The notes under the pieces were generated by a model, which was given only the letters and a program-made list of their open reading frames with translations, did not search any database and was not told the DNA's origin. Positions 9,836-18,632 of a stretch of DNA of 64,000 nucleotides are shown piece after piece. The DNA is from an uncultured Rhodobacterales bacterium (lineage in GTDB: Bacteria > Pseudomonadota > Alphaproteobacteria > Rhodobacterales > Rhodobacteraceae): positions 782-64,781 of the forward strand of contig CAZPQL010000001.1 of assembly GCA_964588725.1 (NCBI GenBank). Direction: 5' to 3'. Position 1 is the stretch's first letter. Every line of letters starts with the position of its first letter. The position numbers were made by a program, and so were the translations under genes.

Positions 9836-10417
9836 ATGGGGCTGAAATTGGTGGGGATTTTGGGCGCAGCCGTGATACTGGCGGCTTGCGACGCGATTGC
9901 ACCGGCACCGTCCGGCGACTTGCCAGCCGTTGGCGCGATTGTGCCCGGCACCGATACCGAAAAAGAGTCGGTCGACGGTTTGATCGTTGGCCACCGCCTG
10001 ATGGCCGCGGGTGAATACGAACTGGCGCTCAAAGCCTATACACGCGGCGGTGTCGAACAGGGGCTGACAGCAGACGTTCTTAGCGCTTTGGGTTCGGCCA
10101 ATTTGAAACTTGGCCGACTTGGACAGGCGCGGAAACTGCTCAATCAGGCTGTGGAAAAGGACCCGAATTTTGTTCCGGCGTGGAATAATCTTGGGGTTGT
10201 TTTGATGGGATTGGGTGAAATAGGCGAAGCCAGACGCGTTTTTCGTAACGCTTTTGCACTAGATAACGGAAATTCAGAGGAAATTCGTCAAAATCTAAGC
10301 TTGGCTATCGCAAAATCAAAAGAACCCGCGTATGATGGCGGGAATAAAAATAAGTTCGAGCTGGTTCGCCGGGGCAGTGGTCGCTACCTCCTGCTTGCGA
10401 CACCGGACTTGGAATAA
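9836..10417 (+). CDS. TPR-repeat lipoprotein (TadD-like)
   Basis: Lipobox ILAAC. TPR-like repeats (AYTRGG..., LGRLGQARKLLNQAVEKDPNFVPAWNNLG). Confidence 0.75.
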   Translation: MGLKLVGILGAAVILAACDAIAPAPSGDLPAVGAIVPGTDTEKESVDGLIVGHRLMAAGEYELALKAYTRGGVEQGLTADVLSALGSANLKLGRLGQARKLLNQAVEKDPNFVPAWNNLGVVLMGLGEIGEARRVFRNAFALDNGNSEEIRQNLSLAIAKSKEPAYDGGNKNKFELVRRGSGRYLLLATPDLE

Positions 10418-10441
10418 GAGCAGCAGAGGACAACGGGCCCC

Positions 10442-11293
10442 ATGCGACTTATTGTGATAGCCGGACTCTGCCTTGCGGGCGGCATCTTGCTTAGCGGTTG
10501 CGAAAAATTCAGATCGAACGCCGAAGTGAACAAGGCGTTCGATGGCGTCAACGTCATCGATTCCGCCAATCTGAACGACATCATGCTAACGGTGGCCGAC
10601 CCCAACGAGGCAGTGGTCTATTTTCAGCGCGCCCTGACACAGGAACCCGGACGCATTGATTTTCAGCGCGGCCTGGCCAGATCGCTTGTCCGCGCAAAAC
10701 GGGCGTCGGAATCGCTGTTGATTTTTGAGAAAATCATCAAATCAAAAGACTCTACAAACGAGGACCACGTTTATTATGCCGACGCTCTGATCCGCACCAA
10801 CGACTGGAAAGGCGCCGAAGCCCAGCTGGACAGCGTACCCCCGACCTATGAAACGTTTCGCCGTTACAGGCTCGAAGCCATGGTTGCAGACAGCAATAAA
10901 GAATGGGACAAAGCAGACAGCTTTTACGAAGTCGCAGTGGGGTTGACCACCCGGCCCGCCAACGTGCTGAACAACTGGGGTTACTCCAAACTGACACGCG
11001 GCAATCCGGACGCGGCGGAACCTTTGTTCCTTGAAGCGATCACCTATGATAAAGACCTGTTCACAGCCAAGAATAATCTGGTGCTGGCACGCGCAGCGCA
11101 ACGCAAGTACACGTTGCCGGTCATTCGCATGACTCAGATCGAAAAGGCCGAATTGCTGCTCACCATGGCGCAGGGCGCTATTCGACAGGGCGACACCGAC
11201 GTGGGGCGCGGTTTGCTTGAACGCGCAATTGACACCCACCCGCAACATTTTGACGCCGCAGTCCGCACCTTGCGGGCGCTAAATAATTCGTAG
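10442..11293 (+). CDS. TPR-repeat lipoprotein
   Basis: Lipobox LLSGC. Several TPR-like helices. Lies inside the Tad locus. Confidence 0.75.
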   Translation: MRLIVIAGLCLAGGILLSGCEKFRSNAEVNKAFDGVNVIDSANLNDIMLTVADPNEAVVYFQRALTQEPGRIDFQRGLARSLVRAKRASESLLIFEKIIKSKDSTNEDHVYYADALIRTNDWKGAEAQLDSVPPTYETFRRYRLEAMVADSNKEWDKADSFYEVAVGLTTRPANVLNNWGYSKLTRGNPDAAEPLFLEAITYDKDLFTAKNNLVLARAAQRKYTLPVIRMTQIEKAELLLTMAQGAIRQGDTDVGRGLLERAIDTHPQHFDAAVRTLRALNNS

Positions 11294-11296
11294 TCT

Positions 11297-11794
11297 GTGC
11301 AGCTAACGGTCGCAGAAATTTATTGGCTGGCACCACTGACAACGCTGATCGCGCTGTGGATCGCTTGGAGCGATCTAAAATATATGCGCATTCCCAATAA
11401 ATCGGTGTTGGCGGTGCTGGCGGTATTTGTTGTGCTTGGGCTGATTGTTTTACCGCTTGATGCTTACCTGTGGCGTCTGGCGCAATTCGCCATCGTTTTA
11501 GCCATAGGCTTTGCTGTCAATGCACTGCGCCTTGTGGGGGGTGGGGATGCAAAATTCGCCGCTGCGCTTGCACCATTCATCGCACCCGGCGACACCCGTC
11601 TGTTCCTTTTAATTTTCGGAGCGACTTTGATAGCGGCCTTGATTACCTACAATATTTTTAAACGCGTCCCGGCGGTTCGCCGCGCGACACCAGACTGGAA
11701 ATCATGGACTGCGGGCAAGGATTTCCCGATGGGTCTGGCGCTGTCGGGCAGTTTGATAATCTATTTCGCGCTTGGTCTTTTCGCGGCGCCATAA
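11297..11794 (+). CDS. cpaA: Flp prepilin peptidase CpaA/TadV (A24 aspartic peptidase)
   Basis: 165 aa polytopic protein. The two catalytic Asp contexts are WSDLKYMRIPN and GGGDAKF. GTG start. Confidence 0.85.
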   Translation: MQLTVAEIYWLAPLTTLIALWIAWSDLKYMRIPNKSVLAVLAVFVVLGLIVLPLDAYLWRLAQFAIVLAIGFAVNALRLVGGGDAKFAAALAPFIAPGDTRLFLLIFGATLIAALITYNIFKRVPAVRRATPDWKSWTAGKDFPMGLALSGSLIIYFALGLFAAP

Positions 11795-11798
11795 AGTA

Positions 11799-13421
11799 TC
11801 AGCCGTTGGGTTTTAGAAGAATGAAAAAACCGTTGCGCGTCACTTCGGTAAACGAAACGTCGGGCCGTGCGGCCAGTTCATTCAAGACCATCGTGCGGGC
11901 GCGCGGGGTTACGGGACAGATTGGCACCAGCAAATAGTCGGCGTTCTTCAATCCCGCGTCGCCACCGTAATACCACGGCGCCCCGCCTTTTAGCGGCACG
12001 GTACTTCCGAACATCCACAGGTTGGAAAACGTGTCTGCGGTAAACACGGTTTGGCCCTGTAACGCAGGAAGTGCATCAATCTCGCGCGACATAAATTGCA
12101 ATACGCCGACCAACCCCGCATGAAGCTTGCACGCCTCAAGCGGCTCCCCAAACAGGGTATCAAGCTGCGTCGGGTCGGCTTGTTGCGCCAATGCACGCAT
12201 GTCTGCGGCCGGCAAGTCAAAGTTGACGACACGTTCCGGCGCATACATGCGGCTGGTCAATATCGCCAGATCGCCATGGCGCGCACCGGGAATGACTTGC
12301 GCATAGTTCGATGGCTCGACGCGCGCGTGGTTAATGGTGGACAGACCGATATTGATGGCGTTTGGCGCGATCAGAGCGACGGCCAGCAATCCCGTGATCG
12401 TCATGGCCCGACCCAGTTCCCACCCCAAAACGTTGCGTAGTTCGCGACGGGGCCGCAGGGCGAATATGGCGATGGCAAACACCGCCAGCCACTGCGCGTC
12501 GTTGCCCCAGTTTTGGTAGGTTACATAGATGCAACCGGGCGCCAGCAGCAATAGAACTATGCCTTCAACGCTGCGCCCTGCCTGACGAAGAAATATTATT
12601 CCGGCGACCAGAACCAAATTCATCACGACAAAGGGCGGCCCGATCAGCAGAAAGGCCAACGGTTGACTGGGTTGCGGACGAATGCCTGAATTGCTGACCA
12701 GCCGGATATCGCCAAGGTATGCGGACCAAAAGTCCAGTCCGGCGCTAAGGCTGATCAGCAGAACGATGGCCCCGCCACAAAGCAAAGCGACGCCAATCGC
12801 CAGCCATTGCCGCCGCAGCAACAGCGCCACAAATATTCCGGGGAAAAAGGCCACCAAAAACGTGATTTTACTAAGCGCCAGAAACGCCACGCCAAACCCA
12901 AGAATAATCCCGTCGATAACCTGCGATTTCCGGTTCTGAGCGCTGATCAGGCTCATAATGATCAGCACGAAACTGACAGCCCAGGCCCAGCGGTTGTAAT
13001 ACATCGAAATCGACTGCACCTGTTGCGCGCCTCCGTGCACAAGTGCGGTCGACAGCAACAGCACGATCGCGCCAAATCCGTAGGCCAGTTTGGGCGACAA
13101 CCGCGAGACCGACACCCACCAAAGCGCAGGCAACAGCAATGCCGCAAAAATCAGCGAACCGCCCATGATGGCGTGCCCGATACCCACGCCCTGCGTCAAC
13201 AGCCACGCAATCGGTGCAAACGACAGAACCCCAATCGGGGTCATGAAATCAAGGTGGGGCCACTGACCCTGCGACATGCGCAAAACAATCTCGGCAAGGT
13301 GCAGTACATCGCCCTCGTGGCGATTCAGCAAAAGCGCGCCTTTGCCCAACAATAGCCCCGCCAAAAGCGCCAAGAGCGCCAGCAGAAAGCCCAAAAAAAC
13401 ATACGACGAAGATCTGCTCAT
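11799..13421 (-). CDS. uncharacterised polytopic membrane protein: about 12 TM segments plus an about 180-aa C-terminal soluble domain (GT-C-like architecture, family not identified)
   Basis: 540-aa ORF. I counted 12 hydrophobic segments in residues 1-360. The first loop is acidic (NRHEGDVLHLAEI). Its stop lies 4 nt from the cpaA stop, in convergent orientation. Confidence 0.8.
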   Translation of the reverse strand: MSRSSSYVFLGFLLALLALLAGLLLGKGALLLNRHEGDVLHLAEIVLRMSQGQWPHLDFMTPIGVLSFAPIAWLLTQGVGIGHAIMGGSLIFAALLLPALWWVSVSRLSPKLAYGFGAIVLLLSTALVHGGAQQVQSISMYYNRWAWAVSFVLIIMSLISAQNRKSQVIDGIILGFGVAFLALSKITFLVAFFPGIFVALLLRRQWLAIGVALLCGGAIVLLISLSAGLDFWSAYLGDIRLVSNSGIRPQPSQPLAFLLIGPPFVVMNLVLVAGIIFLRQAGRSVEGIVLLLLAPGCIYVTYQNWGNDAQWLAVFAIAIFALRPRRELRNVLGWELGRAMTITGLLAVALIAPNAINIGLSTINHARVEPSNYAQVIPGARHGDLAILTSRMYAPERVVNFDLPAADMRALAQQADPTQLDTLFGEPLEACKLHAGLVGVLQFMSREIDALPALQGQTVFTADTFSNLWMFGSTVPLKGGAPWYYGGDAGLKNADYLLVPICPVTPRARTMVLNELAARPDVSFTEVTRNGFFILLKPNG

Positions 13422-13554
13422 CTTTGCCCCGCTTTACTTTTTGGCAACACTACAACTCCTAATGTACCTCTGTAAAATCCTTTGCGGAATTTGTTGTCCT
13501 AACGGGCCCAAAAAGGCTAAACTTTCAAAAAAAACAATACGAAATGAGGCCCCG

Positions 13555-14850
13555 ATGAACATGCAGGCGATCGACGTCAAGGCCCCGCCCATGCCGCGAA
13601 CTTTGGCCGAAACCGGCCTTAATCCGGTCATGCTGCGGGATATTTTTCTGAAAACCGTGTTTCGACGCAATCTTAGCAAGACCTCGGCGATCGCCGATGC
13701 CATCTGTCTGTCGGTTCCGGTGACGCAGGAATTGATTGAACTGGTGCGCGGGCAAAAACTGCTTGAAGCTATGGGCACGCGCGACGAGTCCAGCAATGAG
13801 ATGAGTTATGAGCTGTCGGATACAGGTAAAGCGCGCGCTTTGGACGCGCTGGCGCAATCGGAATACTACGGTGCCATGCCGATCCCGCTGGAAGACTACA
13901 AAACCCAGACCAAACGCCAGTCGATCAGCGACATAAACATATCCAAAGATCGGCTTGAAGGCGCGATGTCGCATTTGGTACTGCCCGAGGGTCAGCTTGA
14001 CGCGCTTGGCCCTGCCATTAATTCGGGCAAATCGATCCTGATGTACGGCCCGCCCGGCAACGGTAAATCGTCGCTGTCCAACGGTATTCGTGACGCCGTC
14101 GCCGATATGATTTTCGTACCCCGCGCCATCGAATACACCGGGCAGGTCATCACCGTTTACGACCCGATTGTTCATTCCAAAGCTGAAAGCAGCACCGAAG
14201 ACCCAGGTGCGCTGCGCCGGTCAACCAGCCGGTTTGACGACCGATATATCCGCTGTCAGCGCCCGACGGTGATGACAGGCGGCGAATTAACGCTGGATAT
14301 GCTGGATCTGAAATACAACAAAACCTCGCGCACTTATCAGGCGTCTTTACAGCTTAAATCAACGGGCGGTGTGTTTATTGTCGACGATCTGGGCCGACAG
14401 GAGGAACCGCCGCAGGCGCTGATCAACCGTTGGATCGTCCCGATGGAAAGCGGCTATGACATTCTGGCGCTGCAATCGGGCGAAAAATTTATTGTTCCAT
14501 TTGACACGCTGGTGATTTTTTCCACCAATTACCAGCCGTCTGAAATGTTCGACGACGCGGCACTGCGGCGCATCGCCTATAAGGTAAAGGTCAACGGACC
14601 GAACCAGGATGAATTCCTGCAGATATTCATGCGCGTCGCCAAGGCCAAGGGGATGGCCGTGGACGAGAATGCCCTGATTTATCTTTTGAAAAACAAATAC
14701 CCGGTAGTCGACAACGTGTTTGCAAATTTCCACAGCCCGTTTCTGATCGACCAAATGTTGTCGGTATGCGCTTATGAAAACATTGCACCGCAAATGTCAC
14801 CGTCGCTGATCGACCGTGCGTGGGCCAACCTGTTCGTGACTGAAGAATGA
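13555..14850 (+). CDS. AAA+ ATPase with an uncharacterised N-terminal domain
   Basis: Start chosen at ATG 13555, which has GAGG upstream. The track ORF begins at 13276, but that extension overlaps the divergent gene. Walker A GPPGNGKS, Walker B VFIVDDLGRQ, and the segment RWIVPMESGYDILALQSGEKFIVPFDTLVIFSTNYQP resembles Mg-chelatase/ComM/MoxR-type AAA+ proteins. Confidence 0.85.
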   Translation: MNMQAIDVKAPPMPRTLAETGLNPVMLRDIFLKTVFRRNLSKTSAIADAICLSVPVTQELIELVRGQKLLEAMGTRDESSNEMSYELSDTGKARALDALAQSEYYGAMPIPLEDYKTQTKRQSISDINISKDRLEGAMSHLVLPEGQLDALGPAINSGKSILMYGPPGNGKSSLSNGIRDAVADMIFVPRAIEYTGQVITVYDPIVHSKAESSTEDPGALRRSTSRFDDRYIRCQRPTVMTGGELTLDMLDLKYNKTSRTYQASLQLKSTGGVFIVDDLGRQEEPPQALINRWIVPMESGYDILALQSGEKFIVPFDTLVIFSTNYQPSEMFDDAALRRIAYKVKVNGPNQDEFLQIFMRVAKAKGMAVDENALIYLLKNKYPVVDNVFANFHSPFLIDQMLSVCAYENIAPQMSPSLIDRAWANLFVTEE

Positions 14851-15148
14851 CAGCCGCGTTTCATTTGACGCGGCGGCCCAATTAATCCCCGCACAAATTA
14901 TACCGCGCAAAAATCACGCCGGTCGTCTTTACACTGCCACGGCGTTCAAAAAAGTTCGTTAGCCTTACACGCAAAACGAATTTCGCTTAAGCCCGCTCAA
15001 CGCGAAAAAAACGCCGCGCGGCCTGCTGAGGCCTTTGATTAATTCGCAAGCCCAAGAAAACACAAATCGAAGACCATTGTACTGATAAACGTATACTTTG
15101 GGTTGAAACGTCGTTCGTCTTGCGCCCAAAACGCGAAAATACCGCCAT

Positions 15149-15176
15149 TTGTCAATTTGATCAACTGATCTATAAC
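15149..15176 (+). promoter_or_regulatory. sigma70-like promoter candidate (TTGTCA-16 nt-TATAAC) with no downstream CDS
   Basis: Read directly from the sequence, inside the AT-rich convergent spacer. Confidence 0.3.
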
Positions 15177-15267
15177 TACAGTTTAGAGATTTTTAGTTGA
15201 AAAGTTACCAACAAAATCATTGGATTAGTGACAAGAACCCCGCAGTCAAATCGCGGTTTCGTTCTTT

Positions 15268-15327
15268 CGGCAGGGTGTGATTTCGTGTAAATTTTTTAGT
15301 TCCCGCACCCTGCCGATCCCCTTTTTT
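15268..15327 (+). terminator. 10-bp GC-rich inverted repeat CGGCAGGGTG-N28-CACCCTGCCG followed by ATCCCCTTTTTT (atypical terminator-like element)
   Basis: Read directly from the sequence. The T-tract is present only in the plus orientation. The loop is long and the T-tract is 6 nt from the stem, so this is not a canonical terminator. Confidence 0.35.
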
Positions 15328-15331
15328 CTGG

Positions 15332-16234
15332 TCAGACCGTCAATCCTTCGGGTTCTTCCAAACCGTTGGCGCGACTACATGCTGTCAACGTGTTGGCCAG
15401 CAAACAGGCAATGGTCATTGGTCCTACGCCACCCGGGACGGGTGTAACCGCGCCGGCCTTACCCGCGACAGAGTCAAACTCCACGTCGCCAACCAGACGG
15501 GTTTTACCGGCGCCTTTTTCCGGTGCATCGATTCGGTTGATCCCCACGTCGATAACCGTGGCTCCGTCTTTGATCCACGCCGCGTCGATCATTTCAGGCC
15601 GTCCAACGGCCGCGATCACAATGTCGGCATCGCGGCACAAAGCCTCGATATTCCGGGTGCGCGAATGCGCGATGGTGACCGTACAGCTGTCGCGCAACAA
15701 CAGGTTTGCCATCGGTTTTCCGACGATGTTGGAACGCCCCACAACGACGGCGCTCATCCCTGACAACGTCCCAAAGCGATCGCGTAACAACATCAGGCAG
15801 CCCAAAGGTGTGCACGGCACCATTGATTTCTGTCCGGTCGCCAACAAGCCGACGTTCGAAATATGAAATCCGTCGACATCTTTGTCGGGGGCAATGGCAT
15901 TGATGATCAAACTTTCGTTCAAATGGGCGGGCAACGGCAGTTGCACAAGAATGCCGTGAACGTCGGGTGCGCCGTTCAGCTTCTTGATGAGCGCCAGCAA
16001 ATCGGCTTCCGAAGTGTCAGCATCAAGACGGTGCTCGAACGACTGCATTCCGACCTCGACCGTTTGCGTGCCCTTGGCCCGCACATAGACCTGCGACGCG
16101 GGATCTTCACCAACCAACACAACCGCAAGTCCCGGCGTGATCCCGTGGTCAGATTTCAACCGCGCAACCTGCGCCGCAATTTTTTCGCGCAATGCCGCAG
16201 CAAATGCTTTTCCGTCAATAACGTCCGCAGTCAT
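15332..16234 (-). CDS. folD: bifunctional methylene-THF dehydrogenase / methenyl-THF cyclohydrolase
   Basis: 300 aa. Typical FolD sequence ([38 protein letters not shown]). Confidence 0.95.
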   Translation of the reverse strand: MTADVIDGKAFAAALREKIAAQVARLKSDHGITPGLAVVLVGEDPASQVYVRAKGTQTVEVGMQSFEHRLDADTSEADLLALIKKLNGAPDVHGILVQLPLPAHLNESLIINAIAPDKDVDGFHISNVGLLATGQKSMVPCTPLGCLMLLRDRFGTLSGMSAVVVGRSNIVGKPMANLLLRDSCTVTIAHSRTRNIEALCRDADIVIAAVGRPEMIDAAWIKDGATVIDVGINRIDAPEKGAGKTRLVGDVEFDSVAGKAGAVTPVPGGVGPMTIACLLANTLTACSRANGLEEPEGLTV

Positions 16235-16245
16235 AATGGATATCC

Positions 16246-17922
16246 CTAAAACAGCCCTTCAATCTGTCCCAAGTCGTCAATGTGAATGAATTCGGCGGAC
16301 GGCTGGCGCGGCAAACCCGGCATGGTCATGATATCGCCGCAGATGACAACGATGAACCCCGCCCCCGCTGAAAGTCGCACCTCGCGAACCGGCACTGAAT
16401 GTCCGGTGGGCGCGCCGCGCAGGTTCGGGTCAGTCGAAAAACTGTACTGGGTTTTGGCCATGCAAATCGGCAAATTTTGAAAACCGACATCTTCCCATTT
16501 GCGTAATTGATCGCGGATTTTCTTGTCGGCCAAAACTTCGTCGGCGTGGTAAATGCGCTTGGAAATCGTTTCGATTTTTTCAAACAGTGGCATGTCCTCG
16601 GGGTAAAGCGGTGCAAAGCTGGCCCAGTCACCGTCTGCGATTTCGGCGACGCGCGTAGCCAGATCGGTTATGCCCTCGGAGCCCTTTTCCCAATGGCGAC
16701 ACAGAATTGCCTCGGCACCATGGCTGGCAACGTAGTCTTTGACGGCCTGGATTTCCGCCTCGGTATCGGTGACAAAATGATTGATCGCCACGACGACGGG
16801 CACACCAAACGATTTCAGGTTGGCGATATGGCGTCCAAGGTTCGGACAGCCCTTTTCAACCGCATCGACATTTTCCGCACCCAAGTCCCTGCTTTCGACC
16901 CCACCATTCATTTTCATGGCCCGTACCGTGGCCACCAGCACCGCGACTGACGGCGCGATCCCAGCCTTGCGGCACTTGATGTTCATGAATTTTTCTGCAC
17001 CCAGATCAGCGCCAAAACCGGCTTCAGTCACCACATAATCGGCCAGTTTCATTGCCAGTTTGGTTGACACCACAGAGTTGCACCCATGTGCAATATTTGC
17101 AAACGGACCGCCGTGCACAAACGCCGGATTATTCTCGAGCGTCTGCACAAGATTTGGTTGCATCGCTTCTTTCAACAAGACCGTCATAGCGCCGTCGGCC
17201 TTGATATCGCGCGCGTATACCGCTGAACGATCGCGACGATAAGCGACAATAATATCGCCCAGACGTTTCTGTAAATCTTCAATATCATTGGACAGGCACA
17301 GGATCGCCATCACTTCTGAAGCGACAGTAATATCAAATCCACCTTCGCGCGGGAACCCGTTGGCGACCCCGCCAAGCGACACGACGATATTCCGGAGCGC
17401 ACGGTCGTTCATATCCATGACCCGGCGCCAGGTTACCCTGCGTTCGTCAATATCCAGCTCGTTACCCCAGTAAACGTGATTGTCCAGCAACGACGCCAAC
17501 AGATTGTTGGCGCTGGTGATGGCGTGAAAATCACCGGTGAAATGCAGGTTCATGTCTTCCATGGGTACGACTTGCGCGTATCCCCCACCCGCAGCACCGC
17601 CTTTCATGCCAAAACAGGGGCCAAGGCTGGCCTCGCGAATGCAGATCGCCGCATTCTTGCCAATGGCGTTCAGCCCGTCGCCCAGCCCCACCGTTGTTGT
17701 GGTCTTGCCTTCACCGGCTGCTGTCGGGCTTATTGCGGTCACAAGGATCAGCTTGCCATCGGGCCGGTCCGCTTGCGCTTTGATGAACTCTGCAGACACT
17801 TTGGCTTTGTCGTGCCCATACGGCAGCAATTCACTGGACGGGATGCCAAGTTTCTTACCGATTTCCTGAATGGGTTTCTTTTTGGCTTCGCGGGCGATCT
17901 CGATGTCGGTTTTATAGGCCAT
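16246..17922 (-). CDS. fhs: formate-tetrahydrofolate ligase
   Basis: 558 aa. [10 protein letters not shown]..., P-loop [23 protein letters not shown]. Confidence 0.95.
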   Translation of the reverse strand: MAYKTDIEIAREAKKKPIQEIGKKLGIPSSELLPYGHDKAKVSAEFIKAQADRPDGKLILVTAISPTAAGEGKTTTTVGLGDGLNAIGKNAAICIREASLGPCFGMKGGAAGGGYAQVVPMEDMNLHFTGDFHAITSANNLLASLLDNHVYWGNELDIDERRVTWRRVMDMNDRALRNIVVSLGGVANGFPREGGFDITVASEVMAILCLSNDIEDLQKRLGDIIVAYRRDRSAVYARDIKADGAMTVLLKEAMQPNLVQTLENNPAFVHGGPFANIAHGCNSVVSTKLAMKLADYVVTEAGFGADLGAEKFMNIKCRKAGIAPSVAVLVATVRAMKMNGGVESRDLGAENVDAVEKGCPNLGRHIANLKSFGVPVVVAINHFVTDTEAEIQAVKDYVASHGAEAILCRHWEKGSEGITDLATRVAEIADGDWASFAPLYPEDMPLFEKIETISKRIYHADEVLADKKIRDQLRKWEDVGFQNLPICMAKTQYSFSTDPNLRGAPTGHSVPVREVRLSAGAGFIVVICGDIMTMPGLPRQPSAEFIHIDDLGQIEGLF

Positions 17923-18035
17923 GCAAACTGTCCTTGCTGGGGAATCACGAGGATACTATTGCCGCTATAACGGCGGTGTACCATGGTCTACATCTGCTTT
18001 TACGACACTATTAGCGCCGGATTCGCCAAGTGGAA

Positions 18036-18629
18036 TTATCGCGCAGATTCTAAGTGGCGCCAGGCCGGTTGATCAGGGATATGAAGTACAGCTGAATCAC
18101 CGATTTTTATAGTGCCTTCGCGCTCGACCCACGCGGTCACACCGCGCCTGCCAACAGCTGCAGGCTTTAGGTATTTTCCTTTACCCGGCTGGTCCTTGTC
18201 CACCTCCTTTGCCGGCAGAACGCAGGGCCGGTTTTCCATATCGGCGACCAGAGTTGCCCCGCTGGAAAATTGCAGGCGCGACGACGGCGGGATATGCGTG
18301 AAATCGGGAATGCCGTGCAATACCATTGATGCCCCAAGCCAGCGCGGGTCAAATTCCGTCAGCCCCATATCGGCGGCAATCAGCGCCAGTTCCTCGGTCG
18401 ACACGATGGAAAACTGGCGCGTGTTTCTGATTTCTGTGCCGATAGCATACTGATCGCGTACACGCACATCCGAAAGGCGGGTCAAACCGCCATGCGTTTC
18501 TTCGATAAAACCGTCAAATTTGGCGTCTATTTCCTGCAGTGACTGAGACGCCAGTGCGGACTCGCGGTCGGTTACGCCTCCCAGAAAAGTGACTGTGGCG
18601 CTGCATTGGGTTTTGATCAACGCTGGCAT
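18036..18629 (-). CDS. MOSC-domain protein
   Basis: 197 aa. MOSC-like beta-barrel signature near the C-terminus (...NRPCVLPA...RGVTAWVEREGTIKIGD). Confidence 0.65.
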   Translation of the reverse strand: MPALIKTQCSATVTFLGGVTDRESALASQSLQEIDAKFDGFIEETHGGLTRLSDVRVRDQYAIGTEIRNTRQFSIVSTEELALIAADMGLTEFDPRWLGASMVLHGIPDFTHIPPSSRLQFSSGATLVADMENRPCVLPAKEVDKDQPGKGKYLKPAAVGRRGVTAWVEREGTIKIGDSAVLHIPDQPAWRHLESAR

Positions 18630-18632
18630 GGC

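Noticed and set aside
11961-11975. PWYYGG in the C-terminal domain of the 12-TM protein, reminiscent of the WWDYG motif of STT3/PglB oligosaccharyltransferases
   Set aside because: It is an imperfect match and sits about 130 residues after the last TM segment rather than directly after it. I treat it as coincidence unless a structural comparison says otherwise.
12807-13355. 182-aa plus-strand ORF opposite the 12-TM membrane protein gene
   Set aside because: It is a shadow ORF rich in Arg, Gln and His. The minus-strand frame shows regular TM periodicity.
13276-13554. N-terminal 93-codon extension of the AAA+ ATPase ORF in the track
   Set aside because: It overlaps the 5' end of the divergent membrane-protein gene and has odd composition. 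The internal ATG at 13555 has a GAGG ribosome binding site and begins the conserved-looking sequence.
14987-15148. 53-codon minus-strand ORF (MAVFSRFGRK...) in the AT-rich spacer
   Set aside because: It has no ribosome binding site, it contains a terminator-like palindrome plus T-run within the frame, and its sequence looks implausible for a protein.
17923-18035. Possible ZTP (pfl) riboswitch upstream of fhs-folD
   Set aside because: These genes are common ZTP-riboswitch targets. After reverse-complementing the spacer I found only a loose ACTTGGCGAA. There is no CCGCCTGGGC-like 3' pseudoknot element in the right order.
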